DNA of 63,078 bases, counting the filler, from Asterionella formosa (lineage: Eukaryota): assembly GCA_002256025.1 (NCBI GenBank). It is 11 parts of 11 records of this genome, joined end to end, with 100 filler letters (N's around TTAATTAATTAA, not from the genome) between each part and the next. Parts side by side here need not be neighbours in the genome. Positions count along the whole stretch, not along the records: positions 1 to 24,389 come from NKIB01002251.1; 10 more parts are not named here. One strand, written 5' to 3'. The position numbers were made by a program, and so were the translations under genes. Numbering within the stretch: the stretch's first letter is position 1; every line of letters begins with the position of its first letter. Below are positions 1-11,397 of the stretch, one piece after another. A model generated the notes under the pieces. That model made no database searches, was not told the DNA's origin, and saw only the letters and a list, made by a program, of their open reading frames with translations.

Positions 1-307
1 TTTACTAGGCCAAATAAACGAGTTAGCCCGGTAAAATCCACTATTTTCAGCATAGTTAAAAAACCGAAGTTCCTTTCTGCAGTTTCTCGCCAGATCTTAT
101 ATCCTGACGATATATAGCGTTGACCTATACCCCTACTTTGATAAATGACTGTATTTAAGCATGTGGAAAGGGTGTGTATTGGTGAAAGCTCCGTTTAGCG
201 ATATACATTTACGTTTTACTCGTAAGAAGTCTATGTTTGACTACTCTGACTTAATATTATTTTTTTAACCCTACCTCGAGCTAGGGGTTCAAATGCAGGA
301 ACCTTAA
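1..307. mobile_element. Right end of a TTAA-flanked non-autonomous TIR element (Kolobok-like termini)
   Basis: 281-303 CTAGGGGTTCAAATGCAGGAACC followed by TTAA (304-307) is the perfect reverse complement of 23454-23476, which is preceded by TTAA. Bases 1-54 are identical to 24336-24389. Confidence 0.7.
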
Positions 308-999
308 TTCTACCAATTACGGTAGAGTATCCGTTCAGACAGCATCATCAGATGCATGACCGGAGCAAAAACTTGCCACCAACATCAGATGTATTGATAT
401 CCTCATTCGTCCGACGAAATATGGACGATGCGACTACATGAATGTCTCGAGAAGACAAGCAATCCAACAATCAACCGCATCCGTTAGGCAAAGAATCGCT
501 ACTGGCATCATCGCGAAACCAATTTCGCTTCAAATCGGTCATGATGGATGACGATTGGCATGGTGAAAGGTGAATTGCCGGAGTCCACTTTTCAGGAGAC
601 GAACAAAAACGAGGTGAATTCTAGATATAAATCTTTAAAATCTGGATAGTATATAAAATGGTTTCCTTATATTTTATATGATGGGCAATAGTAAGCTAAA
701 TTTGACATTTATGCTTTATTTGTGGGCAGTAGGTAAGCGAATGACGCGAGGATAGCTAGAGCGGGAATTGCCTCAACAATACCCTTCTCGGCGGCTACTT
801 GCCTTCTCGTATACATGTGTACTCGCAGGCAAGAGACCACCTTGGGCGTGTATTGCCTTCAGCACCGGGTACCAGTACTCCGGTGTACCAGGTTCTTGGT
901 ATAGACTATGCAGTAAAAGATGGTTCTGAACGAAAGGAAAACATAGCCAAATTTCTTATTTAGCCAAACTTGCTTCAGTACTCCCATTAAAAGCTGTCT

Positions 1000-1750
1000 T
1001 AACAGCATGCAATATATCATATTATAGTTATTGTTGACATTCACCAAAATGATTTACTCCGAGCAACCCTGTAATATTAAGAAAGAAAAATCAACTATTT
1101 CGTATTTAAGAAGAATGCTGTCTGCACTGCTTCTTTCAATCTGTCAACATCATTGTTAGCTTCCTCAAATGAGTCCAATTGGCCTGATTGTAATGCCATG
1201 AAAAAAGTCATTGATATCTTAATCTGGACTTTTTGCTGGTTGCTTTGTCAATTGAATGTCCCAGCAGTTGTTGGCTATGCTACAGCTATATTTGAATTTA
1301 AATGTGAGGATGCATTGTCCTGCTGGATATATATTTAAGATTTTTTAATAATGGCCACTTCTCATTGAGCATTGTACAGGATCTTCTCAGCATATGGCTG
1401 ATTGGTAAGTGGAAGAGATTATATTTCTGTTGTTCCTGCTGGTTGATAAATTGAATTCCTTTGTATTGACAATTGGTGAACAAATGGAAAAGTGCCAATT
1501 TTATCATCAATTATGCACACTGCCTTTGTTTTTGTCAAAATGCGGCAAGCAAGTAACAGCAGACAGGAACACTGCCTTTTCTATGGCTCCTTATGTTTAG
1601 AACGCCTTGTGGGTGCTTTACTCAACTCCACGAGGAGTCAGACGAAATTTCAATTTCTCTTCAGAAAAAAGAAACAGTTCTCATATACTTGCACCTTGTC
1701 ATAGAAATAATCATAATATCTGAACTTACCATCTGAATGAGTTCTTAACT
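1000..1750 (-). pseudogene. Degenerate mariner-type (Soymar/DD39D-like) transposase relic
   Basis: Broken minus-strand frames give KAVFLSAV..PHFD, DKIGTFPFV, PAGTTE, EKWP, IYIQQDNASSH and QPAKSPD, resembling mariner KVMFL.AV.RPRFD / DGKIG.WPFV / QQDNA..H / QP.NSPD motifs. Many stops and frameshifts; limits approximate. Confidence 0.7.
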
Positions 1751-2020
1751 GTACATGATTCACACAATAAAAAAGCGACTAATCTTACTCTCATTTGTGA
1801 GCTTTTCCAAACTTTAGGGAAATTGAGCCAGAGAAAATCATAGGAGTCAAAATAGTCTCTTAGAAATTTGAATTATCGATGTTGTCACCAGTTACTGTAC
1901 CACCTAAAACTGAGAGCCAATGTTCAATCACCCCATCTTTCGACTAAAACTATCAGAGTTGTTTCTGAAATGATAAAATTCATACCAAGTACAGACCTTA
2001 TTGTAGATGATAGAAAGGGG

Positions 2021-2526
2021 AACCAGGTAACCAGGTACCGGAGTACAACGTAGTACCTGGTACCTGGTACCAGGTACCGGTAGAGTAACAGGTACTGCTA
2101 TAATTCTCATGCACTCATGTATCGTACTATGCACTGCCACCAAGCAATCAAGGACGGACTGCTATGTAGCTGACGGGTGTCTATTGCTACCAGGTACCGG
2201 GTACCTACCGGTAATCGATTATCTCACATTTTTCTCCCAAATTTTGTATGGCTCCCGGGGCTCGGCCACATGCCACATGCATACCGGTAATGCATCCTGT
2301 ACAGTAGATCAACCATGCACCAGGTACCAGTACCGGTACTGTATTTGGTGTCTGTAAGTATGTCAAATCAACACCTACCAGTATCGTGGTTGATACTATA
2401 GTTTGGAATGGGCTGGACCAACATGGCTTTCAGTGCTTCTCCGTGTCATAGACCAACCGGTACTCTACACGCTCTACACCATATGCTTACCTAATAGATG
2501 GAGTAGACTACCGGTACCTGGTACCA
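2021..2526. repeat. GGTACC/TACCWGG palindromic tract cluster upstream of eRF3
   Basis: e.g. GTACCTGGTACCTGGTACCAGGTACCGGTAG near 2053-2083; further tracts near 2190-2215, 2320-2340 and 2508-2526. Confidence 0.85.
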
Positions 2527-2936
2527 TCATCAGATGCAGCTCACGTATTAAATACATTGAGTATAAAACTTCATCCCTTTTTATTGTAGTCGATTGTTCT
2601 GTTCCTCTAGAAGGTGAGTGTAAGGCTAGATGCTATGGCTGATGAAGGGGAGAGAACATGGATGCGGTGCATGGAACTTGGAAAACAGTGATTGATGCAT
2701 TGCCATTTGCAAAAGTCGTGACGACATCAGAATTGTCGGATCAGAACCTATTGTTTCGTGCCCATGTGAATTGCATACCGATAGCCTTGGTCACGAATGG
2801 CTGGAGAATGTGGAATGGAATGGAATGGAGATGAAAGTGGCATCATTGACGACCTAACCTCGTGGGATGTGAGTCGTTATGAGTTCTAACCGCGTTCCGT
2901 ACTGTTCTAGTTTACACTTCAGCAGGCCCAGAGCGC

Positions 2937-4709
2937 ATGGCAAACATGAATCCTTCGGCGAACGAATGGAAGCCCTCCGTATCAGCTGCCGCCTTTACCC
3001 CCGGAGGCACGTTCTCTGTACCTGCACCTGCGCCAGTTCCCGCGCCACCAGAGGATGTTGCGCCAGCGGACGATGCGGATGAGATTGATGAATCAGACCC
3101 TCTTTGGCAAGCTGTACTCAAGGTGGCGGAAGGCGACCGTGCGAAGGCTTTGAAAATGATTGCTGATCCGGACTCACTACTCCTATATCCAGAGGTGGCC
3201 GCTGCTGTGCAAGCGTCGTCAGATCCAATGGAAGAAGAAGAATCCGATGACAAAAGTCCAGACGTAGAACTGGCAGCTGCGGTCGAGAACAAGATGAACA
3301 TTAGCACTAGTGACGCGCCCGCGGGAAATGATGACAACGACGATGTCATTCCCATGGAAGAACTGAAGGAAGGTGATCCCCGTGAACATTTGAACTTGGT
3401 GTTCATCGGTCACGTCGATGCTGGAAAGTCAACCCTTTCCGGGAATATTCTCTATTTGACGGATAATGTCGACAAGCGAACCATGGAACGTTATGAACGT
3501 GAAGCGAAGGAGTTGAACCGTGAATCATGGTTTTTGGCATTTATTATGGACACAAACGACGAAGAGCGTGCAAAGGGAATTACAGTTGAAGTTGGTAGAG
3601 CTCACTTTGAAACGGAACTTAAGAGGTACACCATTTTAGATGCGCCTGGTCACAAAAATTACATTCCCAACATGATTATGGGGGCCAGTCAGGCGGATAT
3701 CGGTGTCCTTGTCATTTCTGCTCGTAGAGGTGAATTCGAGACTGGATTCGAAAAGGGAGGGCAGACAAGAGAGCACGCTATGCTTGCCAAGACATTGGGG
3801 ATCTCCTACTTAGTCGTGGTGATCAACAAAATGGACGATCCAACCGTGCAGTGGGAAAAGGCGCGTTTTGATGAATGTGTTAACAAACTTCGCCCTTTCT
3901 TAAAGGGTTGTGGGTTCACGATCAAACGTGAGGTCAAGTTCCTTCCGATTTCGGGTTTGAAGGGAGCCAACGTAAAGGACGAGGTTGATCCTGCTGTGTG
4001 TCCCTGGTGGAAAGGGTGTCATACCAGTGGAGAAAACAACACTAATTGTCCAACTCTCATGGGACTTTTGGACACTCTCGAAATTAAAGGCCGCGATCCT
4101 GATGCCCCATTGCGTATTCCTGTTCTGGATCGTTATACGGACCGAGGCACTATTGCAATGGGCAAGGTCGAAAGTGGTGTTGTTCGTCCTGGCATGAAAG
4201 TCACGCTCATGCCAACGAGAAATGTCTACAAGGTCGAAGCTGTTTGGTCGAATGAAGACCCCGTTGCTGCGGCCCGACCAGGTGAGAATGTTTTGGTCAA
4301 GCTCGGTGGTGGTTGTCGCATTGAAGACGTCCGGAAAGGGTTCGTGATTTGCACCCAACCAGCGTGCCGATCCGTCGACAAGATCATCTGTCAAGTGGCT
4401 TTGGTGGACATGCCTGACAACACAAAAATCTTAACCGCTGGTTTCCAGTGCATGTTCCACTCTCACACGTGTGAGGAGGAGTGCACAATTTCAAAGATTT
4501 TCGAAACTACCAACAACAAAGGTGTAGTTCTAAAGAATGCCCGTTTTGCAAGTGTCGGTATGCGAGTGGTTTGCATGTTGGATTTGGTTCGAACTGTTCC
4601 AGTAGAGCGATACGAAGACTTTCCTTTCCTCGGGCGTTTCACTCTACGAACAGAAGGAAAGACAGTGGGAATCGGAAAAATTACGAAGCTGCCGCCTAAG
4701 AAGGAATAA
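2937..4709 (+). CDS. SUP35: Eukaryotic peptide chain release factor GTP-binding subunit eRF3
   Basis: 590 aa, intronless. GHVDAGKST, DAPGH, NKMDD, RESWFLAFIMDTNDEERAKGITVEVG, GRFTLR; N-terminal PAM2-like MNPSANEWKP / SAAAFTP. Confidence 0.95.
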   Translation: MANMNPSANEWKPSVSAAAFTPGGTFSVPAPAPVPAPPEDVAPADDADEIDESDPLWQAVLKVAEGDRAKALKMIADPDSLLLYPEVAAAVQASSDPMEEEESDDKSPDVELAAAVENKMNISTSDAPAGNDDNDDVIPMEELKEGDPREHLNLVFIGHVDAGKSTLSGNILYLTDNVDKRTMERYEREAKELNRESWFLAFIMDTNDEERAKGITVEVGRAHFETELKRYTILDAPGHKNYIPNMIMGASQADIGVLVISARRGEFETGFEKGGQTREHAMLAKTLGISYLVVVINKMDDPTVQWEKARFDECVNKLRPFLKGCGFTIKREVKFLPISGLKGANVKDEVDPAVCPWWKGCHTSGENNTNCPTLMGLLDTLEIKGRDPDAPLRIPVLDRYTDRGTIAMGKVESGVVRPGMKVTLMPTRNVYKVEAVWSNEDPVAAARPGENVLVKLGGGCRIEDVRKGFVICTQPACRSVDKIICQVALVDMPDNTKILTAGFQCMFHSHTCEEECTISKIFETTNNKGVVLKNARFASVGMRVVCMLDLVRTVPVERYEDFPFLGRFTLRTEGKTVGIGKITKLPPKKE

Positions 4710-7666
4710 ATATCCACACAAAAGTGCCGATCTCAATTTTAGACCAATGTGGGCTATCAGTTTTTGTTTCAGATTGTCAGGACGGAGAGTACATGTATTC
4801 GTCTCCCTTGCATAGCTAGTTTCGGCATTCTAGGTAACGAATGTCCATCGCTCACTAATTTGCCATGACTATAGCCTATGAAGGAAAATTCTTCACAAGT
4901 CGCAAGAGCAGATCTTGCCAGTGCCATGAACCTAGTCCGACACCAATATTCGAAAAGGCCCCTTCATCTTTTCTCCAGGAAGCTCCGAAGAATGGAAATC
5001 CAATTAATTTCTCCACCGTACCGATCAAAACTTAGGCATGTAATAGTATTGGTGCAAACAAGGCCCAACCCTTTGCACCGGCTGTTTACTTTCGGGATTT
5101 GCTTGACACAAGCAACCTTTTGTATTTCAAACATTTGTAGACGAACAGGGCAATAGAAAAACACTGTAAAACGAATCCTACCTAATCATGTGTTTTCATA
5201 GCTAAATTAATATTGATCAATCATGCCAATCCGGCAATACCAAACGAGGGGTCAATGACTGTCATTTCGATCTTCAACTTTTTCATCTCTTGGCAAATCT
5301 TGGCAGCATTCCAGACAATTGTAGTCGAAAAATGCAGATCACTGCAATTTCATAATTTTGGAGTTTCATCACTCATATATTCTTATGTATAAACCTTCAT
5401 AGACTTAGTTCTTCCTCTGAGAACCACATGGTAAAGCTACCAGGTAGTGAATACATATGCACAGGGAACAACGCAAGATCATGCACCATAAATATTACAT
5501 TGTCACAAATCACCTGAATTGCTGTCATTGTCATCCTTGTCAGCCACCTTTGTCATCTAATTTGTTTTGTTTGATGTCTCACAACACCAGACCGGTTGAT
5601 TGTTGGTGGGTTTAGGTTGTAGCTGGGAGGTGAGGGAATTGTTCCCATTGTCCCTCATGTGACAAACAAAGTGAGGTACCCCCTAACAGTAAATGATGAC
5701 CAGGAGACCGGATATTGTAGCACATATTTGTCCACCAGAATCTCAGTCCAGTTTTCCATTATTGTACCTCTTCTTTCTTGCAGAAGCAGCAATAACAATT
5801 ATATCAAGAATGGGTTGATGTGCAAGAAAACTGGTGAAATGAAAATCCAAGAAACATCCTTCAAGTGGACATCATTGGTAATCAGACAAGGAACCCATTG
5901 GCAAATATTTCAAGCAAAACTACAATCAACCAAGCAGCAGGTACAGGGGAAGCAACAAACAAGTAGTTCAATGAACAGGTGTAGTGATGGAGATGTGGCA
6001 AATTGCGATTCGCAGATAGATTGTTGGGAGATTAATATTAGGGATGCCATTGCTCGCAAATTGTCTAGCAAAATGCCTATAGATTCACCAGGTTGTCAAA
6101 GTACCCCAAAACATATTAAACTATTGTCTGCAAATAGAAAGTATCATGTTTATTAAGACCACAAGTAGTATGGTATGCTAAGTGACACAGAATTTTTCGC
6201 CACATGATACATATTCCAATTAGTATATGCATGATAAATGCATGCTATAAGTATATGATCATGTGGTCAAGCATACAAATAATACACAACACAACATATG
6301 ATTATCAAAACATTATCCTATGATGTACATTCTTTCATCAGATATCTATCTTAACATGATCAAAATTCTAATCAAAGCGACTGTTCAAAATAGTGAAATA
6401 GTCTGTAATTTTACTATAATTAGAGATCAATTCTATCTTTCAAGCTCCTAACCGCCTCGCCATTGTTACACTATTATGCCACCACCTTTGCTTGTTCTTT
6501 GATTCCTTCAACATGATGGTGACGCCTCTGGTTGACTGAGCCTTCCTTGCTTCCCACACTTCTCATGTCGATTGCCGACAAACCTACTGTCCTCACTGTC
6601 ATGCAACTTCGACAGAAATTGTTTTCCAATCACTCATACATTTGTCCTCTGATGTATTAATCTGGTTTTACATTTTCTTGCCATTTTGCTCTTTTCCATA
6701 TTTCTTAAAAAAACTGAGATGATGATCCATTTACAATTTGTTTTGATAACCTAATCGTAGTGAGAATGAGAAGTATCAAGTTGCTAGTTAGTATGTATTC
6801 CTTGTTTACACCACAACAAACTCTTCTGATTCTGGATTGACTTACCAATTACTGATGTATTTTCTAACTTTTCTGAATAATAATGTGTCACTCAAGTATC
6901 ATTGCAAAAGCACACATCAATAAATAGTTCTACCTATGTCATTTACAGCCTACAACAAATGCTATTTGATTACAGTTATCCTGAAAAATCAACACGCTTG
7001 TGTCAGCTATGTTCTAACAGTTTTGCATTGATCCATTGAGAGTACTCACCAATTTTGATATGTCGACATTGGTGATTTCCACCAGATGCAAAATGAGCTA
7101 TTGAATCACTTGAGAAGGAAGCAATCATGATTTAGTCTTTGTGAAACCCAAAATCGATCTTCCTGGTATGTGCCCTTGACCTACTATAGATTCTCAGATG
7201 CAAAATTTATCATTGTGTTGTAGTGTCACTTCAGTTTTCCTTGTCATGTTGCTGATGTGATTTTTCCATGTATACATTTATAACAATTTGTAAATGTATA
7301 AATATTTATACAGTTGAACATTTGCATATTGCAACAAAGACACTCTTTATGTTGCACATCATATGTATACTATCATCAGTTAAGCTTAAAAATTCAAATA
7401 TACTCATGATTTATATATTTGTTTTGGCGTGGAGCAAAATTATGTCTACATACAGCAATGTAGATATTGTCAAGACATTAAATATCACTTTTTTGTTTAA
7501 AATGGAACTCTATCAATCTGGTGTTGATTCCTATTTAATTCAAATATTCAAATGGACACTCAAATCATGGGAATTCATAGAAGCAAACTCCTTTTTCCCT
7601 GCCATTTTTACAACCCTAGCAATGTTTTCTCCAAACTAGGGTTAAGCCAGCCACAAGCAAGCTTAA

Positions 7667-8562
7667 AGGGTCGTTCTTATCATTCCTAATTTGCTGTATC
7701 ATTTCCGGGTTGCGGGCAAAAAGTGATGGTTGGTATCAAAACACGGTATCAGCAACGGTAACTTGATGGTATGATACAAAATTGATACCTTTTTTTTGCC
7801 CCCTCCAAAAATGGTATCAGTGATACTGACGTTTTCACGTGGGTATCATTTCCGTTGTCACTAATAAAATAACCGAAAATATGCCTGCAGGGCAGTACTT
7901 TTCCTTACATCTACTACATAAAATATACAAATATAATTATGGTGTGCATCAAAGAAGAAGTCAACCATACAATCATTATAGCGGCCGTGTGTGGCAATGT
8001 TTAGCCACATCATCAAAGAACGACAACCACAGAGTCGAGAATTGAACAGATTGAGTCATGTGCATAGAGACATACCTGGTATCTAATTACAGGTACCAGT
8101 ACCTGGTACTGATATTTGGGAATTCATGACAAAGTAATAGGCAATAGAATACAAAAATGATCACGTGACTACAACATATACCGGTACTAGCTAGCTGTGC
8201 AAATGCTTTGGCTTTGGCTGTCACTACCAGTACATTCTACTATCACTCATCCAGCATGTACTAGGCAATAGAATACGAAAATGATCACGTGACTACAACA
8301 AATACCTGTGCAAATAACATTGACTAAAGTAGTCCATATACATAATTCGTGTAGATTTCTTGCATGGTTTGAGGACTGGTTTGGTACCATTATGTACAGG
8401 TAGTCTGGAAGGAAAAGCACGTGTTTGAATTTTCGTGATACTTTTTGATGATACAATTTTATTTTTGTGGAGAATGGATTTTTTCAGTTTAAATTGAGTA
8501 GCCGCTGCATGATATTTTTTCAAAAAATATGATACCAAATCGAAAATGATAAGAATGACCCT
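7667..8562. mobile_element. Non-autonomous TIR element (~0.9 kb) with GTATCA subterminal repeats
   Basis: AGGGTCGTTCTTATCATT (7667-7684) and AATGATAAGAATGACCCT (8545-8562) are inverted with 1 mismatch; GTATCA/TGATAC is clustered inside both ends; no clean TSD. Confidence 0.6.
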
Positions 8563-8627
8563 AAGAAACTTCGATAATTTTAGTCATGAGACGGAGTTGT
8601 TAAGAAACGTTGACTCTCAGTTTTTAG

Positions 8628-8690
8628 GTGGTACCAGGCGTACCAGGTACCTGGTACCAGGGTACCTGGTATAACCAGAACTGTACCACA
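8628..8690. repeat. GGTACC/TACCWGG palindromic tract
   Basis: GGTACCAGGCGTACCAGGTACCTGGTACCAGGGTACCTGGTA, about 300 bp upstream of the 8970 start. Confidence 0.85.
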
Positions 8691-8969
8691 GTATACAACG
8701 AATCTTGAATCTCGAGTACCCGGTAAGTAGAGTACTTTTACCACAGCCACGTACGTAGAGTGCACGAATCAATCGAATCAAATCGAATCGATACCTTTGC
8801 ATCCAACCATCATCACCGACGTCGCCGCCAGCTCTCGTTATTTCTCGCAGTCATTGCTTTGTTTTTCCTGTTCCCCCTTTCTATATCACTGCTTCATCAT
8901 TTCATTTCGTCTTGCTAATTGCTGCGCAAGCTTCAACTAGGAAGCAATCAACGACAGTATTAACTAACA

Positions 8970-10685
8970 ATGGCAAGTATCAGTTCTGCCACGACCCACA
9001 AAATGGTCACCAAGACGGTCAAAACAGTTGCTCCAAGCAAAGCACCAATTCCAAAGAAGGGCCTGCCTGTGGTCAAGGCTGCTGCCGGCAGAGGAGCACC
9101 AGGGCCAACAGCTCGTCGTGGATCGGTAGCCCCTCCTTTGGCACCCTTGACTTTGACTTCAATAGCAGCAATTGAGGCGCTGAAGGAAGCCGACGAAAAG
9201 TCGCGAAGAGAACGAGTGATTGATATGCTCAAAAAGGCGCTCGGCGAGGAGACGTTGGTCGACAGGAGCAAACCACACTCGGCCAGCACCACAAGAGAGC
9301 GAGCAGGCGCTGCTGCTGATGTCGCAACCGCTGCCAAGGAACTTGGCCTTGCCTTTGTCTTCAAAAAATGCGGAGTCTTGGATGAGATGCAGCGCATGCT
9401 CTTTCCTGCCGGAGTTGACAGTCTCTACACGTGTACCAAGGCGCCCACTGGAGGGTTACGTCCTAGTACTTCGGCTGTCAGCCTCGCTAGTATGGATGAT
9501 GGTGAAACTACCACTACCTGGTCAGGCGGAACTGATAGCAAACGTGGAAAGTCGACTCCTCCTAATGCTCGTGAAGGGTCCCTCCTCATTTTACGCGCTT
9601 TCAGTCAAATTGTTGGAAAACCTGCCGAGCCGTACATCGTCGGAGGCTTCCTGGCTGCAGCTTTAGACGAATGCGGAAGTTCGGCTTCTGCGGTCAGAGA
9701 AGCCGCCGAGGATACCGCCACAGCACTGGTCAATCTAGCTTCCCCTTGGGCCTTTCCCAGACTCATTTGTCCACTAATTGTTCATTCTCTCAACTCCACT
9801 GAATGGCGTGTCAAGGCCACTGCCTTGGAACGACTAGCGCAATGCGCTACTACGTGTCCAGACCAGGTCAACAACTTGTTGCCAGGACTCATTCCTACCG
9901 TAACTGGTCAAGTTTGGGACACCAAGGCACAAGTCACTAAGGCTGCAAATTCGACACTTTTAGCCATTTGCAGAACCTGCAAGAACCCCGATATTGCACC
10001 AGCAATTCCTGCTGTTGTACAAGCAATCGCCAAACCCTCCGACACGAACAAGGCCGTCGAAGAGCTCATGGCCACCACCTTTGTGGCACCCGTCGATGCT
10101 TCTACACTTGCTATTTTGTGTCCAATTTTGGCGCGTGCATTAAAGGAGAAGATGGCCATACACAAGCGATCTGCTTGCATTGTCATTAGTAATATGAGTC
10201 GCTTAGTCGAGTCTCCTGCGGCTGTAGCGCCCTTTGGGCCATTGCTCGTTCCCGAACTGAAAAAAGTTGCGGAAAATGTGCAGTTTGATGAGATTCGTGA
10301 CGAGGCATTGAAGGCTCTTGGAAATCTCACAAAAGCACTTGGTGATGCTTATAACTCTTATGACACCATACAGAAAGAAGTTGTCGATGCCGAGAATGCT
10401 CGCGTCGAGGCAGAGCGTCAAAGAATTGAGGCAGAGAGAAAAGAGGAACTCGAAAAACAACTCGAATTCCGCAAGAAGGAAGAGGAGGAACGTCGTCGAT
10501 TCAAGGAAGCAATGGACGCGCAGCGTGAACTTGACAAGATTGCGGCTAGCCAATTCAAGGCTATGAAGATTGAAGCTGACAAGAAAAAAGATGAGGCTGC
10601 TCGGAGTACCAAGGGAGCATCAGGCGTATGCCAAGGTTGTGGGTTAAAGAAGTGCAAGGCAACATGTATGTTTAACGATAAATAG
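8970..10685 (+). CDS. eEF3/GCN1-type HEAT-repeat protein lacking ABC domains, with coiled coil and C-terminal Cys cluster
   Basis: 571 aa. EWRVK..AL, VWDTKAQV, NPDI..IP, TTFVAPVDASTLAILCPILARAL, KRSACIVISNMSRLVESP..VAPF resemble the eEF3 N-terminal HEAT domain; followed by an E/K/R-rich helix and CQGCGLKKCKATC. Confidence 0.85.
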   Translation: MASISSATTHKMVTKTVKTVAPSKAPIPKKGLPVVKAAAGRGAPGPTARRGSVAPPLAPLTLTSIAAIEALKEADEKSRRERVIDMLKKALGEETLVDRSKPHSASTTRERAGAAADVATAAKELGLAFVFKKCGVLDEMQRMLFPAGVDSLYTCTKAPTGGLRPSTSAVSLASMDDGETTTTWSGGTDSKRGKSTPPNAREGSLLILRAFSQIVGKPAEPYIVGGFLAAALDECGSSASAVREAAEDTATALVNLASPWAFPRLICPLIVHSLNSTEWRVKATALERLAQCATTCPDQVNNLLPGLIPTVTGQVWDTKAQVTKAANSTLLAICRTCKNPDIAPAIPAVVQAIAKPSDTNKAVEELMATTFVAPVDASTLAILCPILARALKEKMAIHKRSACIVISNMSRLVESPAAVAPFGPLLVPELKKVAENVQFDEIRDEALKALGNLTKALGDAYNSYDTIQKEVVDAENARVEAERQRIEAERKEELEKQLEFRKKEEEERRRFKEAMDAQRELDKIAASQFKAMKIEADKKKDEAARSTKGASGVCQGCGLKKCKATCMFNDK

Positions 10686-10761
10686 TAACGCGATCCCCAC
10701 TACTAATTTCTGTGTGAGAAACTGATAGTCAAATAATGACGGGATTCACGTTCGCGAAGAT

Positions 10762-11397
10762 TCATTGCTCTCGTTTTCCCGGCTTTATAGGGCCGACAAT
10801 AAATTTAGAGTCAATGGCGATTGGTTGATTCGTCGTTCTACCCGTTGGATTCTGAGGAACAAAATCTGGGTCTCTATGGCGTCCTGCATATTCCACAGGC
10901 CAGTGGCCACAGTGAGCCAAACAATCAAGAGGAGCCCACCAATCGCCTTCTCCGCCTTGTGACAGGTACTTCGCTCCAGATGGCCACTGAGAAAAAGGAG
11001 TCTGACATGGCTCGCAGAGGGCCCACCATTCTCTCGTCACGGGATCGTCGGCGATCGCCTTCATGTCTGATTCAAACAACGCGTGCTCATCCTCGGGCGA
11101 GGCGACTCCGTTTCCCCAGTGGCCGATCCATTCAAAATGCGAAAACATGGTGTTCGTCTCTTTGTGGTAATATATTGTGAAGTTCCTCATGTTCGATTTG
11201 AACATACGCTCCAACACATCTTCCCAAACGGCATCGTGAAGTTCCGTGTAACGATCGAATTGTTCAGGGCGCAATTTGATGGCACCTCCAAATCGTCGAG
11301 GCGCAGATCGCCGTTCGCGTAGTTTTCGTCGAAGCATAGCAAGGATGACCATGCCAGCCGCCCCGGTAGCAACGCCTATCATAAAGGGAGACTTCAT
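10762..11397 (-). CDS. L-rhamnose mutarotase (RhaM/YiiL)-like protein with N-terminal hydrophobic anchor
   Basis: RRFGGAIKLRPEQFDRYTELHDAVWEDVL..NMRNFTIY..DMKAIADDPVTREWWALCEPCQ. First ATG is at 11397 (the ORF-track start at 11439 is TTG). Confidence 0.8.
   Translation of the reverse strand: MKSPFMIGVATGAAGMVILAMLRRKLRERRSAPRRFGGAIKLRPEQFDRYTELHDAVWEDVLERMFKSNMRNFTIYYHKETNTMFSHFEWIGHWGNGVASPEDEHALFESDMKAIADDPVTREWWALCEPCQTPFSQWPSGAKYLSQGGEGDWWAPLDCLAHCGHWPVEYAGRHRDPDFVPQNPTGRTTNQPIAIDSKFIVGPIKPGKREQ

Noticed and set aside
5659..7639. ORFs 5659-6156 and 7268-7639
   Set aside because: AT-rich, no recognisable motifs, non-coding-like composition; probably repeat debris.
2937..10685. eRF3 plus eEF3-like gene as a functional translation cluster
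   Set aside because: Separated by ~4 kb of repeat debris; two genes without synteny data are not evidence of clustering.
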